Of a DNA stretch of 61,125 nucleotides, positions 20,732-31,069 are shown piece by piece. The stretch's first letter is position 1; each line of letters begins with the position of its first letter. This DNA is from an uncultured Nitrospiraceae bacterium (GTDB lineage Bacteria > Nitrospirota > Thermodesulfovibrionia > Thermodesulfovibrionales > Dissulfurispiraceae), in assembly GCA_963705105.1 (NCBI GenBank), contig CAVPIW010000013.1:1-61125 (forward strand), written 5' to 3'. A program made the translations under genes and the position numbers. A model generated the notes under the pieces. The model did not search any database. It was not told the origin of the DNA and worked only from the letters and a program-made list of their open reading frames with translations.

Positions 20732-21331
20732 GACCCCGGCATCTCGGGGTCAGACTTGCGAATTGCTTTAAAGACTTAAAGCTCCTCGCGTGAGCAGGGC
20801 ATGCGCCCACCCGTTCCGAGATGAAAACCCTCTTCCATCACACGGATCTCCTTCTCCATTGCTTTGCCGTACCCCGTGTCCTTCCTGATTTTCTCCTCCA
20901 GGGATTCACGGATCAGGGCGCTGAGTGATTTCTTCTCCTTCAATGCCAGCATCTTTGCCTTTATCAGGACTGCCTTGGGGATGGACAATGTCACATTCTG
21001 CCGTTCCATAATGGTCTCCTTCTTTCATCACATAATTACGTGCAGCACATATTTACGTGTTCAGTCAACCGCCGTGGTCCCGCATTCGTGCGTGGTGAGA
21101 CGGACAGGGGCTGCGGAAATGATTGATGACTGACCAACAGCTACCGCCCGCAGAGGTGCCTGAAAACGGCTTCTTCCATGGATCCCGGGGTTATGCGGGT
21201 CCAGCGGCGCTCCTCAGGGGCTGACGCGGTCGTCCCGTCCCTGTAGTAGATAGTCAGGGCGAGGCCGCGCCATTTCTCCTGTGCACAGTCGAATTCATTG
21301 TAGGCACGCATTTCCTCAACGGGGTCGGATG
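20732..21331 (+). repeat. 600-bp direct repeat, copy 2
   Basis: Matches 15884-16483. Confidence 0.95.
20776..21009 (-). CDS. CopG/RHH antitoxin-like protein, copy 2
   Basis: Protein identical to 15928-16161. Confidence 0.75.
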   Translation of the reverse strand: MERQNVTLSIPKAVLIKAKMLALKEKKSLSALIRESLEEKIRKDTGYGKAMEKEIRVMEEGFHLGTGGRMPCSREEL

Positions 21332-21518
21332 GGCCCTTTCGCTCGATTTTTACCCGTGCCCTCACCAGGTCTTTTGACGTCTTCGCGATGCTCCGTTCAT
21401 CGACGTAGGTAAGATTGCCGGCACTCTTTGCAATCAATACCCAATCAGCCCCCCCGGCCCCTGAGAGGGAAAACAGCAGCAGAACAAGCGCGCCAACTGT
21501 CAGGTACGTCAGTTTCAT
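21141..21518 (-). CDS. exported protein, surface-adhesin-E-like
   Basis: Signal peptide, ADWV..., YVDERSI, EFDC, WTRITPGS...LC. Confidence 0.65.
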   Translation of the reverse strand: MKLTYLTVGALVLLLFSLSGAGGADWVLIAKSAGNLTYVDERSIAKTSKDLVRARVKIERKGPSDPVEEMRAYNEFDCAQEKWRGLALTIYYRDGTTASAPEERRWTRITPGSMEEAVFRHLCGR

Positions 21519-21654
21519 TTCAAGCTCCCTTCCTGCTCTGCCCTTCCGACATCGGCGGTATTCCTAACGCATGGCGCCAAAGATGCCATGCGGACCTGCA
21601 CAACGGATGGTTGAGAGGTACGGCAAAACACCGTCCTTTGCCGGATCAGACGCC

Positions 21655-22311
21655 CTAAAGATGAAGATGATCACCATTATGGAGTTCCACATGGGAAAGC
21701 TCTTTCCAGTTCGGCCCGGTCCGCTTCCGGACGATGCGAAGTTTGAACGGCAACAGATTCTTAAACAGGGGGAAGGGGTTTTCGGTTTCCATTACCTGGA
21801 AGTGCAGATGCGGCTGGAGTGACGACCCGGAGTTGCCCACCTCTCCCAACTGTTCCCCCGCGTGCACGTGATCTCCGGCCTTCACCCGCACGGAGCCGCA
21901 TCGCAGGTGTGCCAGCAGCGGGTAAACATTACCGCATTTGAGAATAACGTAATTGCCGCCATATGCCTGAAATGGAGATCCCGGTTCAGGAGGAAACATC
22001 AGGAGCATAACAAGATCGCGCATCATGCTTATTCGCACCCTGTCGGGCATGCCGTCACTGCAGGCCGCCACCACGCCGTCGAGAGGAGCATATACCGGCT
22101 GCCGCCATGCGTACGTGACATCAACAGGAATAGAGCCGAAAACATGCCGGAAGAAGATCGCACCCCGGTAGGGAAGCTTTTTCCCCTTCGTCGCCAGGAA
22201 ATCAAAGGCGAGTTTGGGGTGACCGGGCGGGTTCATAATTGCCCACTCTCCCTTGACCGGCGATTCGATAATGATGTCTGTGTTGTCCATTTCAATCCTT
22301 GCGCCGAACAT
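21655..22311 (-). CDS. M23-family peptidase
   Basis: PVYAPLDGVV, GNYVIL, AHL, GEVGNSGSS..PHLHFQ. Confidence 0.85.
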   Translation of the reverse strand: MFGARIEMDNTDIIIESPVKGEWAIMNPPGHPKLAFDFLATKGKKLPYRGAIFFRHVFGSIPVDVTYAWRQPVYAPLDGVVAACSDGMPDRVRISMMRDLVMLLMFPPEPGSPFQAYGGNYVILKCGNVYPLLAHLRCGSVRVKAGDHVHAGEQLGEVGNSGSSLQPHLHFQVMETENPFPLFKNLLPFKLRIVRKRTGPNWKELSHVELHNGDHLHL

Positions 22312-22727
22312 GCTATTTTCAGTCTACCGTCTCTTTTAAATCATAGACGAAAGAAGGGGAGCAGTCAACGGAAACACTCCGGAACTGGTGGCAATGGGCA
22401 GGAGGGGGCAAGGGGCACGGCGCCTCGGGGTCAGACTTGCGAATTGCTTTAAGCTGATCGTTGAAACAAGCCTGCCCTGACTCATTACAGGCCTGCCTTC
22501 CGGACACGGGGCAACAGGCGACGAGGTTCTGCATTCAAAAGGGCGGGAGACTTTCGGACAAGCCCGGGCGACCTTCGGCGGCGATCGGCCGCATCAGCAG
22601 ATTCACGGGTTGCCGATTCACACAGTCGCCAGTCATTGAATCTGAAGCCCCCGTTGCCGATTCTTGCACTTCCCCCATCAAATAGACCATAATTATAGTC
22701 AGCAGCTTACCAAAGAGGAGGTGCCGC

Positions 22728-23000
22728 GTGACCAAAACCATCCCCCTTGCAGAAGCAAAGAAAAAACTTTCGTCCATCATCAGGGAAGTCGATGAAAAAT
22801 ACGACCGCTTCACGATCACGAAGAACGGCGTCGACAAGGCCGTCATCCTGAGTTCCGAGGAGTTCGACGGTCTCCTGGAGACCCTCGACATCCTCTCCCG
22901 CAAGGAAGAGAGGGAAGCCGTCGCCAGGGCCAAAGAGCAGGTCAGGAAGGGAGAGACGGTGTCCCTGACGGTCTTCAAATCCCGACTGAAAACGCGATGA
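22728..23000 (+). CDS. Phd/YefM antitoxin
   Basis: EAKKKLSSII...ITKNG...AVILSSEEFDGLLETLDILS; near-palindrome GACCATAATTATAGTC upstream. Confidence 0.92.
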   Translation: MTKTIPLAEAKKKLSSIIREVDEKYDRFTITKNGVDKAVILSSEEFDGLLETLDILSRKEEREAVARAKEQVRKGETVSLTVFKSRLKTR

Positions 23001-23257
23001 TCTTCAAGATAGAGCTCTCCACAGAGGCCGCGTCCGACCTTGAGGCCCTGTATGGCGCCGACAGCACACTTTTCAGACGGATCCTGGCGAAGGTGGAGTC
23101 TCTGGCTGACCGGCCCGCGCAGGGAAAACCTCTTGTCGGTAACCGCAAGGGTGAGTATTCCCTCAGGGTCGGCACATATCGCGTGATTTATGAAATCGAC
23201 GCCCGGCATCATACCGTATATATTCTCACCGTGAAACACCGAAGAGACGCATACTGA
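22997..23257 (+). CDS. RelE/ParE toxin
   Basis: GKPLVG...YSLRVGTYRVIYEI...HRRDAY; ATGA overlap with antitoxin. Confidence 0.92.
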   Translation: MIFKIELSTEAASDLEALYGADSTLFRRILAKVESLADRPAQGKPLVGNRKGEYSLRVGTYRVIYEIDARHHTVYILTVKHRRDAY

Positions 23258-23301
23258 ATATCATCGAACGCTTCTTCTCGCGCTATGTTACCTGTGCGTT
23301 A

Positions 23302-23505
23302 ACCTTATCGTTGCAGTACACTCACGGGAAAGGCGGGGCTGGGGTGAATGCGCCGAGAAGCCTTGCTGCGGCGGCACCTTAACCATCACAAACGACAACG
23401 TTTCCAGCTATCGGTCGACATGTGAACCTCTTTACTCACACTGTCACTGACACTGACACTGTTTTTTCAGAGCGCTTCTCCCCGCCTTTTTATGCAACTG
23501 AAAGG
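23302..23505 (-). mobile_element. hairpin MITE, copy 2 (interior partly replaced by CACTGA-like repeats)
   Basis: ACCTTATCGTTGCA...TGCAACTGAAAGG, flanked by TTA. Confidence 0.75.
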
Positions 23506-23720
23506 TTACCCTCTGTCAAGATTTGATCGGCCCGCGTTTCCGGAAGATTCGAGGACCGGAGCGTTCGCGTTCCCTTCGCTTGACGACCGGCGCCGGAGAG
23601 GATATATTTCTGGTAAAGACTCCTGTCATTCGGTGGGGCATTGATCACTGATTGCACCAGTCGCATGTTCCCCGGGCTCCCTCATTGCGGGATATGGACG
23701 GGGGCTTCCGGAGGTTTCTT

Positions 23721-24825
23721 ATGACAGACGACCTGCTGAAGGCGATCAGCGAATCGGACGTGGCCTCGGCAAGGGAGAAGCTCAGGACCCTGCTGAGTTC
23801 CGGCATGCAGCCGCCGGAGGTGCATGAGGGTCTCTACGCTGCGGCGCAGCGCGTCCTGAATCCTCCCTTCATCAACCCCCATCTCCCCAAGATGTACCGC
23901 ATCTGGAGAGAACTCTCGCCCTATCTGCCCGGAGACGACCTGCCCGGCTTTGTTGAACTGGAGGTCGTCGAATATGCCCGGAGGCCGAAGCTGCCGGTCC
24001 TCGGGCGAAAGGGTCCCCTCCCCTGCACAGGCTCGTTCGAAGACATGGAGTCGGCCATACGATCGCAGGACCGGGAAAAGACGGTCGACTCTCATGGCCG
24101 CGATGCTCTGCCAGGCAGGACCGGTGGCATTCGCCCGGAGGCTCCTCATGCTCGGCAGCGGCTATCTCGACAACACCCTCGGCCACTCCATCTCCTGCAC
24201 GGCCTTCATCCTGCTGGAGCTGCTCGACCGGGCAGACAGGGACCCCTGGCCCGCGCTGACGGTGCTTGCCGACTACTTCTGCAAGGGGAGATTTTGCGAC
24301 ATGCCCCCGGTTGAAAGCCGGGCCAAGGAGGAGAATGCCGGCAATGGGGACATAGTCCTCTCTGTCAGCGGCCGCGGCATCGTCAACCTGCACCACACGA
24401 TCACGAGATATGCCATAGACCGGGTGAGACCTTTGATTGCCGAAGAGGAGCACAACCACCTTTTACAGAAATGGCGCCTTTTCATGGGCGACAAGAGTGC
24501 CGGCGCACTGCCGGCAGGGACATATCAGCGGGGGAAGCCTGATTATGACAGTTTCCTGGAGTCTTACAGATCACAGGACACGGAAGCCGTCGTCGCCGCG
24601 CTGGCCGCTCTGATCCCTGTTCCCGAAGGGAGAAACATCCTTGGAGGGTTCCTGGTAAAGGCCCTCTGCGATACCTACAACGGCAATTACGATCCCCATT
24701 ATGTCACCGGCCTGGGCTCGGCCCTGTGGGCGATCAACCGGTTCCGGGAGACCCCCGTCATCGCAGTTGGCGCACTTCGCCAATACGTGGACTACCTTTT
24801 CGAAGGCCTGAAGCAGACGAAATGA
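23721..24825 (+). pseudogene. hypothetical protein with apparent frameshift near 24085-24092
   Basis: Two overlapping frames (MTDDLLKAI...REKTV and LMAAMLCQ...) join into one plausible ORF upstream of putA. Confidence 0.55.
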
Positions 24826-24832
24826 GGATCTG

Positions 24833-27757
24833 ATGAACGAAAAGGACCTCCGGGAGAAAATCGGGCAGACGGAAGAGCGCCTTCGGATGCTGATGGGAGG
24901 CGCTGTCCCGGACCTCTTCAGCGGGCGCCGGTGGATGGGCAGGACCATGAGGTTCGCCATGCAGCATCCCCACTTCAGGGGAAAGCTCCTGAGGTTTCTC
25001 GACGTCGCCCCCTCAGTCCGTGACGACGCGCGCCTTACCCAATTGTTCGGGGAATATTTCGGCGCGTCCGATGAACTCCCTTTTCTCCTGCGGCAGGGCA
25101 TTGATCGTATCGCAGGGGGACGGGTCCGTGTTGATGCCGCTGCAGCAGCCATACGGACAGGCGTGAAGAAGCTGTTCCGGCAGTTCATCGCTGCGGAGGG
25201 ACCCGGGGATGCGGCGTCCGTCCTGGACGATCTCCGCCGCCGGGGCTTTGCGGTGAGTTTGGACCTGCTCGGGGAGGAGATCCTCAGTGAACGGGACGCC
25301 GCCGAGGCGCAGCAGGAACATCTCAGCGCCCTGGATCTTATGGCGCCGGTTGCATTGTCCTGGCAGGACGACCCCCTCCTCGACAATGACGGCAGGGGCG
25401 CTATCCCGAAGCTGGACCTTTCCGTCAAGGTCTCCTCCTTCAGTCCCCGCATCGATCCCGTCGACTGGGACGGGTCGATCGAACGGGCACTGCACGGACT
25501 GATGCCCGTGGCAAGGAGGGCCGAAAGCGCCGGGGTTTCTCTCACCGTCGACATGGAGCATTACGACATGAAGAACCTCACCCTGCAGTGCTTCAGGCTC
25601 CTCTGCGAGGAAGGCGACCTCAGATTTGGGGGCATCGCCCTGCAGGCCTATCTTCCGGAGACGGAGGAAGACCTGAGGAGACTGATCGCATGGGCACGAC
25701 GGCGGGGACGGAGGGTGACGGTCCGCCTCGTGAAGGGGGCGTACTGGGAATATGAGACGGCGGTGAACCGCCAAAGGGGATGGCCCGTGCCCGTTTTCCT
25801 TTCAAAGGAGGAGAGCGACAGCCATTACGGGCGGTTTTCGGGGATACTGCTTGAGCATCTTGACGCTGTGAGACCCGCCTTCGCAACCCACAACATCCGG
25901 AGTATCAGCCATGTCATTGCCCTGTCCGGGGCATGGGGGATCCCGAAGGAGTCCTTTGAATTCCAGATGCTCTTCGGGATGGCCGGACCGATCAGGGATG
26001 CCCTCAGGCAGATGGGCTACAGGGTGAGGGTATACGCGGCAACGGGCGGTTTGGAAGCCGGGACCGGCTATGTCATGCGGAGGCTCCTCGAAAACACGTC
26101 CGAGACCTCCTTTCTGCGGCGTTACTTCAGCGGAGACGTGGAAGAGGCAGTTCTGCAGGGAACGTTGCCTTCAGCAGGGCCGCCGGAGGAGAGCGGCACA
26201 CATCCCTTCAGGAACGAGCCCCTTCTGGACTTCTCCCGTGAGGCGAACAGGAGCGGAACAGCCGCTGCCCTGGCCGCATGGAGGGACCGTTTCGGCCGCC
26301 TCTATCCCCTCAACCCGGCGATCGCGACAGGTGGTCCGTCAGCCTTCATACGCTCCCTCAATCCCGCAAATCCTGCGAACGTTGTCGGCATTGTGGAAGC
26401 GGCCTCCCGGGAATCGGCAGAAATTGCCCTCCGGGAGTCCCTCGCGGCATGGACGCCATGGAGGGAGACGCCTCCCCGTGAACGCTCGGAATGCCTCCGC
26501 AGGGCTGCGGAAGCGATGCGTGCGGAACGGTTCGGGCTCATCGCACTGGAGGTTCACGAAGCCGGCAAATCATGGAGAGACGCCGATGCGGACGTTGCGG
26601 AAGCGATCGATTACCTTGAGTACTACGCCGGGGAGATGCTGCGCCTCGGGCCTCGCCATCCGGGCAACGTCCGGGGCGAGGTGAATGAATACTTCTACGA
26701 ATCACTGGGAGCCGGGCTCGTCATTTCCCCCTGGAACTTTCCTCTCGCCATACCCTGCGGGATGGCATCGGCGGCGCTCGCCGCAGGCAATTGCGTGCTG
26801 CTCAAACCCTCCAGCCGGGCGCCTGTGACGGCATGGAAGCTCTGCGAAATCCTCGCGCACGCGGGCGTTCCGCGCGGAGTCCTCCAATGCCTTCCGGGGG
26901 CGGGCGGTGATGTGGGCGACTTCCTCGCGGGTCATCCCCTCGTGAGTTTCATCGCCTTCACCGGATCGGCCGAGGTCGGCCTGAGAATTCTTCGGCAAGC
27001 GGGCCGCATCCATGAGGGTCAGGAGCACATCAAAAGGGTCATAGTGGAGATGGGCGGCAAGAATGCGATCATCGTCGACGAGACTGCGGACATCGATGAG
27101 GCGGTCGGGGCAGTCGTCGAATCCGCCTTCGGCTATCAGGGCCAGAAGTGCTCCGCCTGCTCCCGTGTCATCGTCATCGCAGACGTCTATGACCGGTTCT
27201 GCGAAAGACTCGTCGATGCAGCCCGGAGTCTCCCTGCCGGTCCCCCGGAAGACCCGCGGCACCTCCTGGGGCCTGTGATCGACGCAGAGGCCCTGAGAAA
27301 AATACAGTCTTCCATTGAAGCGGGCAGGAAGGACGGCAGGGTCCTCCTTCTCAGCGACACCGGACGGCGTGGTAACTTCGCGGGACCCTCGATTTTCGCC
27401 GGTCTCCCCCGTCACTCCCCGGTGCTCAGGGAAGAAATTTTCGGACCGGTCCTGGCCGTCATGAAGGCGGCGGACCTTGATGCCGCCCTGGAGATCGCAA
27501 ACGACAGCCCCTACAGGCTGACCGGGGGGATCTTCTCGCGGAGCCCCGCTGCTATCGAAAGGGCGAAGCAAAGATTCAGGGTCGGCAACCTGTACATCAA
27601 CAGGAAGATTACAGGCGCCCTTGTGTGGCGGCAGCCCTTCGGCGGCTTCGGCATGTCCGGAACGGGCGCGAAGGCGGGCGGACCGGACTACCTGCTGCAG
27701 TTCCTCAATGCGAGGAGCATCAGCGAGAACACGATGAGAAAAGGCTTCGCGCCCTAA
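24833..27757 (+). CDS. putA: bifunctional proline dehydrogenase / P5C dehydrogenase
   Basis: VDME, RLVKGAYW, FATHN, EFQMLFGM, RRLLENT; ALDH motifs PWNFP, FTGS, EMGGKN, GQKCSACSR, EEIFGP. Confidence 0.95.
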   Translation: MNEKDLREKIGQTEERLRMLMGGAVPDLFSGRRWMGRTMRFAMQHPHFRGKLLRFLDVAPSVRDDARLTQLFGEYFGASDELPFLLRQGIDRIAGGRVRVDAAAAAIRTGVKKLFRQFIAAEGPGDAASVLDDLRRRGFAVSLDLLGEEILSERDAAEAQQEHLSALDLMAPVALSWQDDPLLDNDGRGAIPKLDLSVKVSSFSPRIDPVDWDGSIERALHGLMPVARRAESAGVSLTVDMEHYDMKNLTLQCFRLLCEEGDLRFGGIALQAYLPETEEDLRRLIAWARRRGRRVTVRLVKGAYWEYETAVNRQRGWPVPVFLSKEESDSHYGRFSGILLEHLDAVRPAFATHNIRSISHVIALSGAWGIPKESFEFQMLFGMAGPIRDALRQMGYRVRVYAATGGLEAGTGYVMRRLLENTSETSFLRRYFSGDVEEAVLQGTLPSAGPPEESGTHPFRNEPLLDFSREANRSGTAAALAAWRDRFGRLYPLNPAIATGGPSAFIRSLNPANPANVVGIVEAASRESAEIALRESLAAWTPWRETPPRERSECLRRAAEAMRAERFGLIALEVHEAGKSWRDADADVAEAIDYLEYYAGEMLRLGPRHPGNVRGEVNEYFYESLGAGLVISPWNFPLAIPCGMASAALAAGNCVLLKPSSRAPVTAWKLCEILAHAGVPRGVLQCLPGAGGDVGDFLAGHPLVSFIAFTGSAEVGLRILRQAGRIHEGQEHIKRVIVEMGGKNAIIVDETADIDEAVGAVVESAFGYQGQKCSACSRVIVIADVYDRFCERLVDAARSLPAGPPEDPRHLLGPVIDAEALRKIQSSIEAGRKDGRVLLLSDTGRRGNFAGPSIFAGLPRHSPVLREEIFGPVLAVMKAADLDAALEIANDSPYRLTGGIFSRSPAAIERAKQRFRVGNLYINRKITGALVWRQPFGGFGMSGTGAKAGGPDYLLQFLNARSISENTMRKGFAP

Positions 27758-28015
27758 AACCGATTTCCCCCTCCGTCACCGCGCTTCACGCGTGCATGAT
27801 ATCTGCTCCCGGTGATGTCGATAACATTTACTCATCTCTCCATTAAAAATATTTAGTAGACAGCGGCCTTATTTGGCGCTATAAAGAACTATACGGCATT
27901 CAGCGGACCGCGCAGGCAAGTTTTATCGAACCGTGTTCATTCGACACTCACTTCACGGCAATGATCACATGCCCTGTGCTCTTTGGCAACCTCAAAATCG
28001 AAAAGGAGACCCATC

Positions 28016-30295
28016 ATGCGAAGAGATCATCCGGTAATCAACGTAGTAATCATTATGGCGCTTATAGTGTTGTCATTCCTTGTCATGACAGGGCTCTCAC
28101 CTGAATCGACGGCGCTGCTCGACAAGGCTTACGCCCAAACTCCTCCCAACCCGGCCATCATTCAACCTATCGTCACAAGAGATATTGCAAGAGAAATTAT
28201 TCTGCCAAAGATCGATACCATCTGGAACCTGGCAGATCGGAAGAAGGGCCTCCGGGCGCTGCAGCACGACGATCTGCTCCCGACGGGGACGATTGTCAGG
28301 CCTGCCTTCGGGTTAAATCTCGCCCCGCAGGAGCTGACGTGCCAGAACGCGTGCTGGCTCTTCTTCGTCGACAAGGCGCCGGGGGCGCATTTCTCCCATC
28401 CCGTCTCGATCATCCTCCTCGATTCGGAGACCGGCGAGGAGCAGGTGATGGAGACGGAGTGGTGGCCTGAGGTATCGGGCCCCAACATCCCCAAAAAGCA
28501 GCTGTTCAATATCCTGGACCTGCGCAAAGACCCGGGGACAATCATCTTCGATCAACCCCCTGTCCTGCTGCCTGCCATTCAGCAGCCGGGAGTTGCCCCT
28601 CAAATCTCCCTGGCTGCCCAAGCTGCCCTGAAGGGGTTGACGGCAGGAGCGCTCCCCGCTCCGTGTGACGGGTGTACGGCGTGGGCCGTTATTGTATGCG
28701 GATACGACGATCTGCCGGACACGTTCGATGAGGACACGGACGGCATATATGCGGTGCTCAAAAACCTGGGCCTGTCCGATGACAACATCTTCTTTCTCAG
28801 TCCGCACACCACTCATGCCGGCGTTGACAGGCCGACGAGCAAGGCAAACGTCGAATGGGCGATCAATGAGGTCGCGAACGGGGTGAACCGGGCGAATGGA
28901 GACGACAAGGTGCTCTTCTTCTACAGCTCCCATGGAGGCATTGACGGTCTGACCTGCATCGATGAGGGCATCTCGGCAGCGGAACTCGACGGTTGGCTCG
29001 GCGGGATCAAGAGCAAGGAAATGACGATCATCATCGAGGCCTGCCACAGCGGCAGCTTTATCGGGAAATACGCCGACGGGACCTATAACCCGGCAGAGGA
29101 CGACCTGACCGGTCCCGGAAAGAGCGGGAGGGTAGTTTTCACGTCAGCCTCGACGGACACGAGCTCCTATCCCGATGTCGACGGACCTGACGATCCCAAC
29201 GGGGCTGCCGATATCGGCAGCGAGTCGATCTACGGGTATGTCATGGCATTCGGCATTCCTGCTGCCGACACAAACGGAGACGGGGCGGTCTCCTTCGAGG
29301 AGGCGCTGCAGTATGCCCTGGCGAACGACGTCACCCGGATAAGGGGGGACAACACTCCTCAGTTTTCCTGGACCACTGGCATGACTCCTGCAAAAGTCTA
29401 TCCTTACTGTTATCCGACAAGCGATCCCAATGGCTCTTACAAAGCGGAGTGCACGAACAGTTCCGTTCAGATATCGCTTGACGGGACGGCTTCATCCGCT
29501 GTAGCGCCATGCAATGACCCTCTCGTATTTCTATGGGACACCGACTGCCCTGCTGCCGCTTTCAGTAACCCCGCCATCGCCGCACCCCTGTTGACACTGA
29601 ATCCGATATCACAGTGCCTGGAGTGCAACGTATGGCTCACCGTGACCTGCAGCGACGGCAGTGCCGACACCCGGTGCACCAGGGTGACAGTGACCGATAA
29701 GGTTCCGCCGGTGATCACCTGCCCTGCTGACAGGGTCGTGAGCTGCGAGCAGCCGACAGATCCCGCTCATACCGGCATGGCGATCGCTATCGACATCTGT
29801 AAACCCGATCCTCTCATCACCAGTTCTGATGCTGTCACTCCCGGCGCCTGTGCAAACGAGAGGACCATTGCACGCACCTGGACCGCCACCGATGGATGCA
29901 GCAACAGGGCCGACTGTCTCCAGACGATCCAGGTCGTCGATACAACGGCGCCTGTCATCGGGAGTGTCAGTGCCGCGCCGAACGTCCTCTGGTCCCCGAA
30001 CCACAAGATGGTCCCCATAAGGGTGACGGCGACTGCGACGGATAACTGCAGCGCAACACCGGTGTGCACAATCACCAAGGTGGTCAGCAATGAACCGGAG
30101 AACGGGCTCGGTGACGGCGACACGGCCCCGGACTGGAAGATCACCGGCCCCCTCTCCGTCGACCTGAGGGCCGAGCGTTCCGGCACGGGGAACGGCAGGA
30201 TCTACACGATTACAGTCACCTGCACGGACGATTGCGGGAACAGCTCAGCGGGCACGACGAAGGTGACGGTGCCGAAGAGCCAGAAAAACAAATAG
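28016..30295 (+). CDS. secreted clan-CD cysteine peptidase (C13/caspase-like) with EF-hand-like loop and Cys-rich HYR/Ig-like repeats
   Basis: N-terminal hydrophobic segment; FFYSSHG and IIEACHSGS dyad; DTNGDGAVSFEE; DKVPPVITCP, LRAERSGTGNGRIYTI; RBS AAGGAG before ATG 28016. Confidence 0.75.
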   Translation: MRRDHPVINVVIIMALIVLSFLVMTGLSPESTALLDKAYAQTPPNPAIIQPIVTRDIAREIILPKIDTIWNLADRKKGLRALQHDDLLPTGTIVRPAFGLNLAPQELTCQNACWLFFVDKAPGAHFSHPVSIILLDSETGEEQVMETEWWPEVSGPNIPKKQLFNILDLRKDPGTIIFDQPPVLLPAIQQPGVAPQISLAAQAALKGLTAGALPAPCDGCTAWAVIVCGYDDLPDTFDEDTDGIYAVLKNLGLSDDNIFFLSPHTTHAGVDRPTSKANVEWAINEVANGVNRANGDDKVLFFYSSHGGIDGLTCIDEGISAAELDGWLGGIKSKEMTIIIEACHSGSFIGKYADGTYNPAEDDLTGPGKSGRVVFTSASTDTSSYPDVDGPDDPNGAADIGSESIYGYVMAFGIPAADTNGDGAVSFEEALQYALANDVTRIRGDNTPQFSWTTGMTPAKVYPYCYPTSDPNGSYKAECTNSSVQISLDGTASSAVAPCNDPLVFLWDTDCPAAAFSNPAIAAPLLTLNPISQCLECNVWLTVTCSDGSADTRCTRVTVTDKVPPVITCPADRVVSCEQPTDPAHTGMAIAIDICKPDPLITSSDAVTPGACANERTIARTWTATDGCSNRADCLQTIQVVDTTAPVIGSVSAAPNVLWSPNHKMVPIRVTATATDNCSATPVCTITKVVSNEPENGLGDGDTAPDWKITGPLSVDLRAERSGTGNGRIYTITVTCTDDCGNSSAGTTKVTVPKSQKNK

Positions 30296-30344
30296 GGACG
30301 GAGCATCCGGAAAAGTCGCATTCCGTTCATCATCACCACACGAA

Positions 30345-30384
30345 ACAGAGAAGGCGGGACCGGAAAGGGTCCTGCCTTCTCTGT
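30345..30384. terminator. bidirectional hairpin terminator
   Basis: ACAGAGAAGGCGGGACC...GGTCCTGCCTTCTCTGT between convergent genes. Confidence 0.7.
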
Positions 30385-30433
30385 ATTCGTTAGCGCCGAC
30401 GGACAAAACCCATCCGGGAACAGGCGTGTTGTG

Positions 30434-30997
30434 TCACCTGCGGCCTATGGAAAATGCCTTTCCAAGAAACCTTCCGACGCCATGGTACGTCTGGCCGGTG
30501 GGAGAGAAGATCACAGGCTCTATCTTTCCGATGTCCGGAACCCCTCTTTCGTCCAGCACGGACTCATCGGCTTTGACGTCGAGGATCTCCCCGATGAACT
30601 GCGTATGCAGGCCTATCTCAACGGTATGCCGAACCCTGCATTCGAGCACGACAGGGAACTCGAGCACGTAGGGCGCATCGACGAGCTCGCTCCTGACCGG
30701 AGTGAGCCCGGCTGACGTAAACTTGTCCTCCCGTGCTCCCGACACGAGCCCGACATAATCGGCCTCCCTGATATGCCTCTCCGAGGGAATGCTCACAGTG
30801 AAAGCCTGTCGTTCAACGATGTTTCCGTAGGTGTATGTCACATTCCTGAGGGATACGGCCACACAGGGAGGCGTCGAGCAGCAGATGCCTCCCCATGCGG
30901 CGGTCATGACGTTCGGTTTGCCGGCCCTGTCGTAGCTCCCGACGACGAGGACCGGAGTCGGATACAGGATCGTCCTGGCGCCCATTGATTTCTTCAT
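30434..30997 (-). CDS. flavin reductase-like (flavoredoxin) protein
   Basis: [25 protein letters not shown]...HTQFIGEI. Confidence 0.9.
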   Translation of the reverse strand: MKKSMGARTILYPTPVLVVGSYDRAGKPNVMTAAWGGICCSTPPCVAVSLRNVTYTYGNIVERQAFTVSIPSERHIREADYVGLVSGAREDKFTSAGLTPVRSELVDAPYVLEFPVVLECRVRHTVEIGLHTQFIGEILDVKADESVLDERGVPDIGKIEPVIFSPTGQTYHGVGRFLGKAFSIGRR

Positions 30998-31069
30998 GGC
31001 AATCCTCACTTATGATAGTTTTGTCGAAGAAGCCGTTCCCCTGCAATGGCTGACACTGTCGTCACACGA

